A stretch of DNA of 53,859 nt, taken from contig JAUCBJ010008148.1 of assembly GCA_032718475.1 (NCBI GenBank), positions 1 to 53,859 of the forward strand. The letters are read 5' to 3'. The notes beneath the pieces are model-generated. The model ran no database searches. It was not told the DNA's origin and saw only the letters and a program-made list of their open reading frames with translations. The position numbers and the translations under genes are program-made. This DNA is from Nemertoderma westbladi. Its lineage: Eukaryota > Animalia > Xenacoelomorpha. Position 1 is the first letter of the stretch. Each line of letters starts with the position of its first letter. Below are positions 33,601-45,513 of the stretch, piece by piece.

Positions 33601-36600
33601 TTCGAGAAGAATAAACTTCGATCCCGAGCGACACATGCAGACTGTAGGACATACTGTAGGCCTTACTGCACATACCATAGGCCATACTGAGAGAGGCTAT
33701 GTAGGCGATAGGATAGCGCGGACGACGGGATTAAACCCGGAAGTCGCGGAATACATACCGGCGAGTAGGCCAGAAGCTGATAGGCCTATACCGGTACCAG
33801 TACAGCAGTATGACTACAGCATGCAGGGACATAACATATACCCAGGGGAGGGGGGAATTATTGCGGATAGGTGTATGGGCCCCAACATATTAACATCAAC
33901 CCCAGTACCAAACATACCGGTGGGGGGGGGGGCAGGGTGACATTCCCCCATCACAATATCAACAATATACCCCGATAGGAGCAAGAACAACGAGACCCTT
34001 GGATGAAAATAGGTCGTGAGACACAGAAATATGGAGGGGGCCGCTACCCCCGATGACATACCCAAGTCAAAGAAAGTCAAGAAATAGGACGGACGGATTG
34101 CACCAGACAGGAGAAACTATGCAGCACCCATCGAATCCATTGGAAGCGCAGGCGATGGGGATGGCCACGTTGATCGATGCGTTGAAAACAAGGATCGAGT
34201 TACCACCCGTGGAACCATTCAAATTCGATGGGAGTAGGCCGGAAGAATATTTACAGTTTTGGCGCATGTATAGTAACGAGATACTAACAAAGAACTTGAC
34301 GCAGGCGGAGTGCCTAAAGTATCTGCAAGTATACACGGGAGGCCCAGCATACGATATCGTGAGGCAATATCAAGGAATAGAGGGCGGCTTCACGACAGCA
34401 TGGCGGGCACTGGATAGGGAATACGGGCACCCGGCCAAGATCATCAGACAGACACTAAGAGGCATAACATCGGGTGGCCTACAGGATAATCCCGTTAGCA
34501 TGAAGACATTTGCTAACAAAGTTGAAAAGGCGCTAATCATGCTGAAGACGCTAGACGCGCCATACGAGCTCAACGCGTCCAACAACATCACAACGATAGC
34601 GCAGGCACTACCAAACTGGCTGCGCAACAAGTGGAGGAAAATCGCCTTCTCCACTCGAGATAAGAAGGGTGCGGAACCAGGTTTAGAAGAAATGTCAAAC
34701 TTCTTAAACTACGAGGCTGAACTAATAACTGACCCAGTCTATAGCGAAGATAGCCTGGGAAAGGGACCGAAAACAGATTACCATAGACCGAAACCAGACC
34801 ACAATACATCAAACGCATTACCGAGGCTCAGGCAATCATTACCATATGCAGCAACGCAGGGGACTACGAGTCCACAGCTAGCCAAAGATAAGACCACACC
34901 ATGGAACGGACAGGGGAACAATAACAACACAAATAAATACAACCCCAGTACGTCCAGTAGGCCGAATCCAAACAATAAGAACAGTAGGGACTTTGGTACA
35001 AACGCAACTGCGATACGCAATGCACTGTACAAAGAGGGCTACGATCCAAAGAGCAAATGCCAGCTACACGCAAATGCGCTTCATCAAACCATGAACTGCA
35101 GGTACTGGCAGGCGCTACCTAGGCAAGACCAGATAGATTATGCGTTCAGCAACAAAATCTGCTCGCGATGTGTAATGAGTGGACATAGAGCAAGGGAGTG
35201 CAAGAAGAAGCCGATCAAGTTTGGTCAGAGGAGGGGCCAAACGATGGCGACGAGCACAGTAGGGGTGAAGAAGAGAGGAACGGTGCTACTTGGAGTAGTA
35301 CCCGTGCGAGTGATTGGGGAAGGCAATCGATCAGTAACAACACTAATGCTAGTTGATAGTGGAGCTGCCTTCACACTAGTCGAGGAATGGGTGGCCGAAG
35401 AGATAGGATTGAGAACGAGGCCAAGCAGAATGGCGGTAACAACCATCTCTAGCAAAGATGAGATCCTGGAGATGAGAACAGGACGGTGCGCAATTGCAGC
35501 AGTGGCACCGGGATGCGACTATGGGGCAACCATCAACCCCATCCAAGTGATAGAGTCAATTAATATCAATGCCAGGCGGCCAACCAACATCGAGGTCGAG
35601 CAATATAAATTCCTGGACGACATTGACTTCTCAATCCCAGACGTGGACGTTAGGAAGGTATCCATCATAGTAGGAATGGACTGCCCAACGGCCCACGAAA
35701 GAATGCAAACGGTCTTCGGCAAAGACAAGCAGAGTGACCCGGTGGCGATATTAACTCCATTCGGGTGGACGCTGAGTGGTCCAATCAAGAGCAAGATACC
35801 ATTTAGGATGTCGGAGACATCAGGCTGCATGTTCGCGGGAACAATGCAGGAAATAGGTGATGAGGGAGCAGAGGAGCAGCTTAAAAGACTGCTCAGACAA
35901 GATTTCGAAGGACTGAAAGAGACCGGGGTCGGGACCTCGGTAGAAGACAAGCAGGCTTTACAAAGCGTGGAGGAAACGATGACATGCAATGAGGGGCGGT
36001 ATACTATAGGAATGGTATGGAAACTACTGAAGATACCGCTGCCCGATAACAGAGGGATGGTACTCACGAGACTCCGCAAGCTGAAACAAACACTAAAACG
36101 GAGCCCCGAGAAGAATGAGTACATCCACAGAACGATTAAGAAGTACGTCGAGAAAGGATGGGCCGTGGAGTTACCGGTGGACGAACCGAACACGGACAGG
36201 ACATATTACCTGCCACTCCACGTGGCTTTAGACCCAAAGAAAGGTAAACTGCGGATGGTGGTTGACGCATCGGCAAAGACCAACGGAAAATGCTTAAACG
36301 ACTATCTGTTAGAGGGCCCAAACATATACAACTCGGGCATAGAGGTCCTACTTAGATTTAGAAACGGGAAACACGCCTTCACGTGTGACATAGAAGGCAT
36401 GTTCAACCAAGTCCGTGTAACTGAGGAAGATAGCGACAGTCAACGCTTCTTATGGTATAACGGCGAGGAAGAACCGTCGATAATACCAGCATATAAGATG
36501 GTAGTACAAAACATGGGGGCCAAGTCGTCCTCATTTACGACGACTATGGCAGTGAGAGACACAGTGAAGGGGAAGGAAGATAGATACAGCAGTAGGGCCG

Positions 36601-39263
36601 TCGATATGATTCGACGCGGCTTCTACGTAGACGATGGAATGGAGTCTGGAAATACGGTTAAGGAGATACTGGACACGGGGCGCGAGGTTCGCGACATCCT
36701 AAAAGGATCCGGCTTTAACCTCACCAAATTCCAATCCAGTTCGGAAGAATTTATTAAGGCGATAGAGGACAAGAGGCCAGAATCGACCATGGATAATCCC
36801 ACAACAGCCAAGGGGCAGGACATAGCGAATAAGAGAACAGAATCTAAACAGAAGGCATTGGGAATCGTGTGGGACAGAGAGACAGACGAACTGAAGTATC
36901 AGCTGAGCCAGGAGGGCGCAGACATCCACACGAAGAGGGGCTATGTATCGTATATAGCAAGGATATACGATCCCCTAGGCCTAGCATCCCCATTATTAGT
37001 CACGGGGAAACAGATACTCAAGAGAGTATACAAATTGAAGGATGAGTGGGACGTAGAGGTACCAGAGGAAATCAAGAAACAGTGGAGTAAGTGGACAGGG
37101 GACTTGTAGAAGATGGGAACATACAACATGCCACGAGTGTATTTCCCGGATGGGAACATGACGAATCTGGACTTACACATGTTCTCCGATGCGTCGTTGG
37201 AGGCGTACGGAGCGGCACTCTATTTAGTACAACGAGAGGGGGCTCAAAAGCCCAGACTAGCCTTTAGCAAAGCAAAGTCGACGCCGCCAGATTCAGCATC
37301 AGTTCCCAAGTTAGAATTGACAGCTGCGAGACTAGGAGTTAGAGCCACAGCCCACCTAGTGGATACTATTCCCAACATAGTGGAGACACACTACTGGACG
37401 GACTCCATGGTAGTGCTTGGTTGGCTACATAACGAAAGGACGAGATACCCGATATTCGTCGCAAATAGAGTGGACGAAATAAGGGCGACCACAGAACTGG
37501 AAAGGTGGCACTATTGCCCAACAGACGAGAACCCAGCGGACTTGTTGTCGAGGGGCGTGGTACGCCACACTTTCTTGAAGAATGAGGTATTGTGGCAACA
37601 TGGGCCACAATTTCTGAGCGATAAGGAGGCCTGGCCGCCGATGAGAAAGGTGGATCCGGGCTCAGAAGTAGTGTCAGAGGGAGAAGAAGGAGATTCAGAG
37701 GGAGAAGAGATATACTCACAGATGGTGAGGGAGATTAGGGACGTGCAACCAAAACGAGAACTGTGCGATAACCCGACGGATAAACTCCTCAGCTACAGTT
37801 CTAGTTGGTATAAGACCAAGAAACTAGTGGCGTACTGGAGAGCCTTCGGGAATTTCCTCGCGGGAGTCGGCAAAGACAAGAAGATCAGGACATCCATAGA
37901 TCTGGAAGGAGCGGCCAAGGCGATCATCCGCTATGAACAACGAAAGAACTATGGCGACGAGGTGGAACGCGTCGGTAACCAACAACACCTTCGACGGGAC
38001 AGCGAGCTGATCGCGCTGTCGCCACAACTTAACGACGACGGGATTCTAGTGATGAATTCTAGGGTGGGATACAACAACAGCATAATTGTGCCACCGAAGC
38101 CCATCATCATCCCCATGGGATCGCCGATAGTTCACCAGATTATCTGGGACTCCCACAAGTCGATATTGCACGGGGGCACCAACAGGACTCTCACGGAGAT
38201 AAGGAGGACCTTTTGGGTCAAACAATTAAGGAAGAAGGTAAAAGCGGTGGTGGGGCAGTGCCAGACCTGCCGACGAGCGAAGAAGGAGCGAGCCATACAA
38301 GAGATGGCGCCACTACCAGCTAGTAGAGTAAGACAGCACGACCTGCCATTTACGCATTGCGGTGTGGACATGTTCGGGCCGATAAAGATCAAGGTGATGC
38401 GGCACACGGAGAAACGCTATGGCATTATCTTCGTATGTAACAACACACGGGCAGTAGGGATAGAACTCGCCCAGGATGCAACCGCATCAGCATTCATTAA
38501 TGCCTTAGAAAGATTTAGAGACCGCAAAGGTGGGACGATCGCAGTGATATACAGCGACAACAGCACAAACTTTGTGGGCGCAGAGAATGAGATGGCCGAG
38601 GCCTTGGAAATCTTGGAAGGGGAGGAAGTCAGGGCGGCCATGAGACGACGACAAGTTAAGTGGGAGAAAAGGACGCCATATGCACCACATACACTAGGAT
38701 GCGTCGAGAGACTGGTGGGCAGTTCAAAGCGTCTAATGACGAAGCTAATGAACACCCACATGGTCACTGAGGACGTCTTACGGACAGTGCTTGCGAAGTG
38801 CGAGGGAATCATTAATAGCAGACCGCTATATCCGGAGAATGATGACCCTGAATCACTAGACGTGCTGACGCCTAGCCATTTCCTGATGGAAAGGCCAGTG
38901 ACCATCGATATGCGGGGTGTAGACCCAGATGATATACACTCCCACCAGAGTTGGAAAGTCGCTAAAGCAATAAGCGCAGAGTATTGGAGGAGGTGGGTAG
39001 AAGAATACCTACCCGCACTCCATAAAAGAAGCAAATGGAGGAAGCCGAATAGAGAGTTGAAAGAGGGAGATCTCGTAATCGTTACGGACGATACTATCAT
39101 CAACAACCAATGGCGGTTGGCGAGAATTGTAGGCACTTACTCCGACGAGGACGGAAGAGTCCGATCGGTAGAAGTGCGGATAGGTGGTAAGATAGGTGCG
39201 AAGGATAGAAAAACCTACAGGAGAGCTGTAGGGAAATGCTGTCTCCTAGAAGGGGCACCTTAA
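30614..39263 (+). pseudogene. BEL/Pao gag-pol polyprotein with long low-complexity N-terminal extension; poly-G frameshifts and two in-frame stops
   Basis: DUF1759-like FKFDGSRPEEY, Zn knuckles CQLH..H..C and CSRC..GH..C, protease LVDSGA, RT YLPLH and YVDD, RNase H FSDAS, integrase HHCC, GVDMFGP, SDNSTNF, ERLV, C-terminal WRRWVEEYL. TGA at ~34017 and TAG at 37107-37109 are in frame. Confidence 0.93.
32505..32885 (+). repeat. 60 bp coding tandem repeat, about 6 copies (EGLVGHVVGRQGVAGLDRPS)
   Basis: Near-identical 60 nt units visible line by line. Confidence 0.95.
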
Positions 39264-39409
39264 TGGAGTCTGAGAGGAGTTTTTAGTCGTCCAAGTTTTG
39301 GACTGAGGGGGGTGGGATTGAGGGCGAGACGCCCTTCCCACACAAAATATAAAATAAAAATAAAAATAATAAGTACATAGTAGGTACGCATTTAGTAGGC
39401 AGAAGTTAG

Positions 39410-39985
39410 TCAGGAGGTACGTAGTACCGCCAGTTAGTTGGAGAGTTAGAGGGTACGTAGTACCGTCAGTTAGTTGGAGAGTTAGAGGGTACGTAGTACC
39501 GTTAGTTAGTTAGAATGTTAGAGGGTATGTAGTACCGTTAGTTAGTTAGAATGTTAGAGGGTACGTAGTACCGTTAGTTAGTTAGAGTGTTAGAGGGTAC
39601 GTAATACCGTTAGTTAGTTAGAGTGCTAGAAGGTACGTAGTACCGTTAGTTAGTTAGAGTATTAGAGGGTACGTAGTACCGTTAGTTAGTTAGAGTGTTA
39701 GAGGGTACGTAGTACCGTTAGTTAGTTAGAGTTAGAGGGTACGTAGTACCGTTAGTTAGATAAGAGTTAGAGTTAGAGGGTACGTAGTACCGTTAGGTAG
39801 AGAGTTAGAGGGTACGTAGTACCATTAGTTAGAGAAGAGTTAGAGTTAGAGGGTACGTAGTACCTTTAGGTAGAGAGTTAGAAGGTACGTAGTACCGTTA
39901 GTTAGAGAAGAGTTAGTGTCAGAGGGTACGTAGTACCGTTAGTTAGTTAGAGTGTTAGAGGGTACGTAGTACCGTTAGTTAGAGG
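39410..39985 (+). repeat. Minisatellite of about 16 units (32-41 bp) with palindromic core GGTACGTAGTACC
   Basis: Repeated GTTAGAGGGTACGTAGTACCGTTAGTTAG between pol and the extra ORF. Confidence 0.93.
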
Positions 39986-40467
39986 AAGAGTAAGAGGTAG
40001 AAGGGTATATATGGATATAGATATTAGTTAGCAGTTAGTAGCGAGAGGGGGGCATATGAGTACAGCTGGGTAAATCGTGTGGCCACACGACGCATACTGC
40101 TGTACTGCATAGGCCCACAGAGTAGGCCAGAATGTGGATTAGAGAATAGGATAATCCATAGGCAATAATAGGTAGTAGGACAGTAAAATCAAAATAGATA
40201 GATAAATAAATAGAATAGGGCTGAAAGTTACAAATTATGGCAACATTAGGAAAGTTATTCTAGAACATAATTAAAGTAACGGACAGAAATTGTAAATTAC
40301 GCTCATTTACTAGCTTCAAAATTAATTAGTAATAATTTAGGTTAAAAGGCGCAGTTAAGTAAGAAATAGGCCATTATCGGACCGTACAGAACATCCTAGA
40401 TACATCACTCATCTGTATTGCGCCTTGGTAAGGCACCACCTTGCAGGTGAGCGAGTGAGTGTTCGGA

Positions 40468-43014
40468 ATGGCGAGCAAATTGATTAGAAAGAGAAAGGCG
40501 GAGTCAGGAGGAAAGGAGATGCTGGTGGATTTCACCGAGAGGCATCCGGAAGAGAAGACGAGAGGATACTACGAGAGGTTGGAAAGGGGTCACGCGGCAC
40601 GAGCGCTGCAGGATTACTTCCGGGAGGCGCACGAACAGCGGCTGGTCGGGACCTACGGGACGCCGTCGCTGGACAACGCGATCTTCCAACACCTCCACTA
40701 CGTGGTGAAAGGGGACGAAACGAAGTTCGGGATTCCGAAGTACCCGAGGGAATCACCGAGAAAGGACTGGAAGAGATTCATAGAGTCCGTCAACAGGGGA
40801 GGATATATGATCCTGGACGACGAGGGAACCGTGGAAGACGAGGCGGGTTCGAGACGAGGATCGGCGGGGTCGGCCAGGACCATACTCCTACATTTGGCCG
40901 CGCCAAATGGGGACATCTTCTTATTCGATCTAGGGACGTATGGGAAGAAGGACGGACCGAAATTAAACCGGTTACCGAAAGCGGTACAAGTCTTGGTAAG
41001 AGGGAAGTCGACGATGAAAGTGGGATCGGCGATTCGCGAGGATGCGGAGAGAATCATCGGTCCGGACGCCACCAACCTCCTGGATATGCAGAAGGTCTTC
41101 ATGGCTATGACGGCACCGGATGGGTTGGGGGTAGTCGAGAACACAGGCCAATGCGGAGCGGTGGCAATGGGCCAGCTATTGGGGCTCGTGTGCCACAAAC
41201 CGATGGACTGGGGGAAGTTCAGGGAAGAATACGGAGCAGAGCTAGCGAACTCGCTAAAGTGGGGAGCGAGACCGGGAAAGCAGGAGGTATATCAATTCCG
41301 CAGGGGAGCAATAAAGGTATATCAGAAGCGATATATCCTGCAGGAGGACTGGATGATGATAAGTTTGCTTAACTTATTCATGACCGTGGTTATCGAGAGG
41401 GAACCAACAGCATTTCTGTTATCGGGATCACCCCTGAGCTACAGGAGAGCCTTTAAAGTGGCCTTTGAAGGTCTGGTAGACCACCCGGGGCTGAAGGGCG
41501 CGTCGGTGTACTACAACAGCCGACATCTGGTGGACAGGGAGACAGATACGCCGTATCAGAGATGGGAGCAGTTAGAGACGGATAGACGAGAAACAAAGCG
41601 ACTGGAAGAAGTCGCTAGACGGGAGAGGATAGAAGCAGAGGAGAGGGAAGAGGAGGCCAGGACACAGAGTTACGGCTTCGAGGAACAGGCAGGCTTAGAC
41701 GAGCTTCGTTGGACTTCATCAGGGAGTTCGGGGGAGTCTCTAGGGCGAGAACTGGGATGGACGGTGGGATCACCGAAACAGTCGACGTCGGGGTTGCAAG
41801 CGATGCCCATACCAGGGGGCGCCGAAGGCGACCAACCGCCAAGGAAGTTAAGGGAACTAGAGGGATGGAGAGCTACGGGCGAGAGCCAAGGCAGAAAGGG
41901 ACATAGTGGGTCCACCAGGATACCGGGGTTGGAACCACTGCGAGAGGAGGACGAGGACGACGACGAGTTCGGAGAGATGCCGCCCATCGAGAGGATAGGC
42001 CACTCGGACACGGACTGGGTTGGCGGAAGGGTGGTGACGGCCAGTGGGGCGAGGGCCTTCTGGAACAGATCCGGCAAGCGGACCTGGGTGCACGAGGAGC
42101 CGGCGATGGATTTCGCGGGGGGCACTATCAGGTTGGGCGAGCAACCGGGGACGGCACCACGGGTAGTATTCGGGGAGACGATGCCCGAGAGGGGCGGAGA
42201 GATCGACATAGACAGAGACGCTAACGTGGAGAAATTCGCCTATCAGCGACTCCACAGGCCGCGGAGATCGCTTGGGACGAAGGACGACGTGGGGCGGGAG
42301 ACATTGGTACTCGGCTGCGACTACTGTGGGAGACAGACCCACCAGGAAAGGAGCTGCTTGTACCGGTTCCAAAAGGGAACCTTCTGTCTCTACTGCCGAG
42401 AGTCGAGCCACAGGATGGGGGCGTGTCCACGGTTGCATAACCGATGTCCAAAGTGCAACTTTCGGGGACACTTCGGACGCCAGTGCGACTGGATGGACGA
42501 CGAGGAGAAGTTCAGTAGATTCGAGGAGTGGGCCGACGTCGGGTGTATGACGCGCCAGCGCATGAAGGCCCAAGAGTTCAAGTGGGGTTTCTTCCTTATC
42601 AATCAGGAGGCTCACATGGAAATCATAAAGCGGAGGCTACCGTTTACCTATCAAGAGGTAGCAACGGCGGCGTCGTATGCCGGTGTGATGAACACACAAA
42701 GATACTTGGACAGGTGGAGCCCACAGAACCGAGGGGAGTTTAGGGATTTCTTGGCGGAGCACGTGCCGCAAGCAATGAAAATGATCCTATGGGACGCCAC
42801 CAGAGGGAGACAACCGGGCCACTCTGAGGGGCCACCGGCAAAGCGATATCGGGCACTAATAACACCAGCGCCCAAGGAGCCAACAACCGGAATCAGCAGG
42901 GAGGTGGCGGCGAAAGTCCGAAAGCAGAAAGCGGACCCCAGAGGAGCGGTGGTAACCAAGAAACGACCCAGGGAAGAGGACGAAAGGGGGAACTATCCCC
43001 AAAGGAACAGATAG
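40468..43014 (+). CDS. BEL accessory ORF: WRN/EXD/RNase D-type DEDDy 3'-5' exonuclease plus C-terminal CCHC zinc knuckles
   Basis: ExoI YMILDDEG, LLHLA..DIFLFDL, LPKAV..MKVGSAIRED (ExoII), LLDMQ, YQKRYILQED (ExoIII). Knuckles CDYCGRQTHQERSC, CLYCRESSHRMGAC, CPKCNFRGHFGRQC. Intact 848 codon frame from ATG 40468. Confidence 0.82.
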   Translation: MASKLIRKRKAESGGKEMLVDFTERHPEEKTRGYYERLERGHAARALQDYFREAHEQRLVGTYGTPSLDNAIFQHLHYVVKGDETKFGIPKYPRESPRKDWKRFIESVNRGGYMILDDEGTVEDEAGSRRGSAGSARTILLHLAAPNGDIFLFDLGTYGKKDGPKLNRLPKAVQVLVRGKSTMKVGSAIREDAERIIGPDATNLLDMQKVFMAMTAPDGLGVVENTGQCGAVAMGQLLGLVCHKPMDWGKFREEYGAELANSLKWGARPGKQEVYQFRRGAIKVYQKRYILQEDWMMISLLNLFMTVVIEREPTAFLLSGSPLSYRRAFKVAFEGLVDHPGLKGASVYYNSRHLVDRETDTPYQRWEQLETDRRETKRLEEVARRERIEAEEREEEARTQSYGFEEQAGLDELRWTSSGSSGESLGRELGWTVGSPKQSTSGLQAMPIPGGAEGDQPPRKLRELEGWRATGESQGRKGHSGSTRIPGLEPLREEDEDDDEFGEMPPIERIGHSDTDWVGGRVVTASGARAFWNRSGKRTWVHEEPAMDFAGGTIRLGEQPGTAPRVVFGETMPERGGEIDIDRDANVEKFAYQRLHRPRRSLGTKDDVGRETLVLGCDYCGRQTHQERSCLYRFQKGTFCLYCRESSHRMGACPRLHNRCPKCNFRGHFGRQCDWMDDEEKFSRFEEWADVGCMTRQRMKAQEFKWGFFLINQEAHMEIIKRRLPFTYQEVATAASYAGVMNTQRYLDRWSPQNRGEFRDFLAEHVPQAMKMILWDATRGRQPGHSEGPPAKRYRALITPAPKEPTTGISREVAAKVRKQKADPRGAVVTKKRPREEDERGNYPQRNR

Positions 43015-43719
43015 GTTCCTAAGGGGGGGAGAGAAACTGAGACTTAAACGTGGTGCGCCTGGAAGGCGCCGCGTGGGGCGTACGAACTATTAAGTGCAAA
43101 CTAAACTGATGCAAAATAATTAAATAAGTGCAATTATACGTACGTACGTAGTGATCAGTAGTTTAGTAATAAAATATATACGTTCGGAGTAAGTACTATA
43201 GTCATACAACCTTTTCTCAATTAGCTACTGGGACTGGGGGGATAACTGACTATGGCACTATGGACGAGACATCAGACGATTTCACACTTCTTGAGTGCGA
43301 CGGCATGGGAGGAGGGTGAGATTCGTCAGAAGGGACGAGGTAGTCAAAGTGAGGTTGAGGGACGGAGTGATAGTGCGAAGCGCGGAGAGAGTGCGGATGC
43401 AATTCTAGTATGGAGGGGGAGGAATAAGAGGCTGAGTGAGGGACGAGGAGGTCCGAGGGTATGCGAGAGTTAGGGTGAGAGTGGAGAAGAGATAGGGCGA
43501 AAGTGTTGGGGAAACAAAGGTCACGTGAGAGATGAGCGCGATCGGCCCGACATGGGACGCCAGGCATATAGGGTAGCATTATCATACCCATAGGGAGCGG
43601 CCTGGAAAGCCGACTCCGAGAGAAAAGAATTCCACCCCACACCCGATACTAGATCGGGATCCAGCGGGATTGTAGCGCACTTTTTGGTTGATGCTATCTT
43701 CTTACCGGGAAGATAGCAT

Positions 43720-43728
43720 GGGGGGGAG
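43720..43728 (+). other. Polypurine tract
   Basis: GGGGGGGAG immediately before the 3' LTR. Confidence 0.9.
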
Positions 43729-44267
43729 TGTTAGCTTATTCAATCCCGCTAACACCCCATAAAAGTTAAGCCGATAAGCAATATTGGGGGCCACGAGGTT
43801 GGGTAATCACCAACTCGTGTCACCCCAATAAGAATGGGAAGGAGAAGCACACAATGAGGGTCAGGGGCCAAACCCCTAACCCAGAGAGAACAGGTGGAGT
43901 GAAGGGGATCACTCCAAAGGCGCCAACAAGGGTACCAACCAATCAGGAGGGGGGAAAGGCATCGATTGGGTAGCAATAAGGCCGCTGTGCAATATAACCA
44001 GTTACCTGTAATCATATCAGTTCAGTTATCTCAGTATCATATATTGGTGCTAGCTAGGTTAGTTAGTTTAGCTAGGGAAGGACCGGGACTTTAATTACCG
44101 TACCCCGCCTTCCGTATCCGACAACATCATTTATATATCTTATATCCATATACCCGATTACATTATATACGACGAACGACACGAACTCTTTCACCTTTCA
44201 TACGCACGGCGGGGACGCGTGAATTACACAACCGGATAAATCGGGATCCTTCCTGGATCCCGTCACA
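43729..44267 (+). repeat. 3' LTR (539 bp)
   Basis: Direct repeat of 29937-30475, followed by TSD TACTG. Confidence 0.97.
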
Positions 44268-44386
44268 TACTGTATATACAAATACTACTACAATTTTCGA
44301 TTATTTAAAATTTGATTTTTTTTCATAGTTAAAAAGATCAAAATTTTAAAAATAATCATAAAATATTTATAATATAAGGGAAAAAG

Positions 44387-44830
44387 TCAAGAATCGATGA
44401 TATTATCAACAAATTCAACATTATCTGTTGATTCTTCAGTCTCGAAAAAGGATTCTTTTGAAATCATTACAATAAAGAAAGACATAATTTCGTAGGGATT
44501 ATGCCGATTTAGCTGTATTTCAAACTTTTCACCAGCTTCGTTGTATTGTGTAATAACAATTAACCAATCTATCATTGATAATAGTAAGATGTTGATTAAT
44601 TTTCCCTCATGATCAACTTTTAGGTTGTAATCTAAGAGATGAATGGTATTTTCAGAAGCATCAATATCAATTGTGCTTAAAACTTTCCTGGCTTTTTCAG
44701 AAAAATCGATTTTATATTTATCATCTCCTCGGTGGTAAATTGTATAATCAATAATAATATATGGTTCGCCATCTTCTGCAAAAAAAGAATGCCTTACTAT
44801 TGGCATAACCATATCGGAATCAGAAGACAT
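44387..44830 (-). CDS. Acidic 147 aa ORF, first gene inside the Polinton B terminus, unknown function
   Basis: Intact ATG-started ORF in AT-rich context, co-oriented with the other Polinton B genes. Confidence 0.5.
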   Translation of the reverse strand: MSSDSDMVMPIVRHSFFAEDGEPYIIIDYTIYHRGDDKYKIDFSEKARKVLSTIDIDASENTIHLLDYNLKVDHEGKLINILLLSMIDWLIVITQYNEAGEKFEIQLNRHNPYEIMSFFIVMISKESFFETEESTDNVEFVDNIIDS

Positions 44831-45513
44831 TATTTAATTTATTTTATTGTAAATCAAACAAACAAAGTAAAAACTTTTAAACTAAAACCATTATAAATGA
44901 TTAATTGTGATTAAAGCAAGAGATTATATATAAGATATTTTCAAAAATAATACAGGTCTTAAACCATGAAATAGCCTAAATACGGTTTATTGGTTGGTTG
45001 GTTGGGAAATACAGTACAAATGAGAATCATTGGGTTGTGCGTAATAATAATAATAATCAATAATTATAATAAAAACGTACAGTATAATAGCAATCTATAT
45101 AGGCATCAATATGGCACAGATGGATAGGATTAGGTTAAGTAACCATGGAAATGCATTCGCTTAACCGCGTAATGTGACAAAGTGTACACGGTGTATGCGT
45201 AGCAAGATTTCAAGTCTCATATAACACTCACACTGACTATCTTAAAGATGAGGGGATACTATATTAGATCATTGTCGTTGTTGTCATGGTAGCGAGGCGA
45301 AAGGGAGAGTAACCGGGGCTAGGCATGCATCGCAAGGTTGGGCTACGCGTAGTTGAATATTGATCATTGGTTGATGCAACGATGCAAATCAATACTGGCG
45401 GCAGATGGTCGTTGAAATCAATAAAAATTTAGGATTTTCAATAGCCCTCCGAGATAAGTCCCATAGAACAACATAGGGAGGGCTTGCCGGAGGGACCCTT
45501 TCTTCCTACTACT

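Larger units (their letters stand above)
29937..44267 (+). mobile_element. Full-length BEL/Pao LTR retrotransposon (14331 bp) with an additional ORF
   Basis: Paired TG..CA LTRs, 5 bp TSD TACTG (29932-29936 and 44268-44272), gag-PR-RT-RH-IN order with Pao-type motifs, PPT before the 3' LTR. Confidence 0.97.
25991..45513 (-). mobile_element. Polinton element B (partial, degraded), containing a BEL insertion
   Basis: Minus-strand integrase, core and ATPase homologs of element A. ACTACT at 45508-45513 (AGTAGT start on the minus strand) directly abuts LINE coding sequence. Confidence 0.8.

Noticed and set aside
37107-37109. Programmed stop-codon readthrough in pol
   Set aside because: The position between RT and RNase H is not a known recoding site for BEL elements; a point mutation is simpler and another in-frame stop exists at ~34017.
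39410-39985. CRISPR-like array of palindromic repeats
   Set aside because: Intervening sequences are TTAG-rich variants of each other rather than unique spacers; no cas genes; lies inside a eukaryotic LTR element.
40459-43014. Envelope gene
   Set aside because: No signal peptide, furin site plus fusion peptide, or C-terminal TM anchor is evident; exonuclease and knuckle motifs are present instead.
30606-43642. Many overlapping minus-strand and alternate-frame ORFs in the BEL element
   Set aside because: Shadow ORFs of GC-rich, purine-skewed coding sequence with no motifs.
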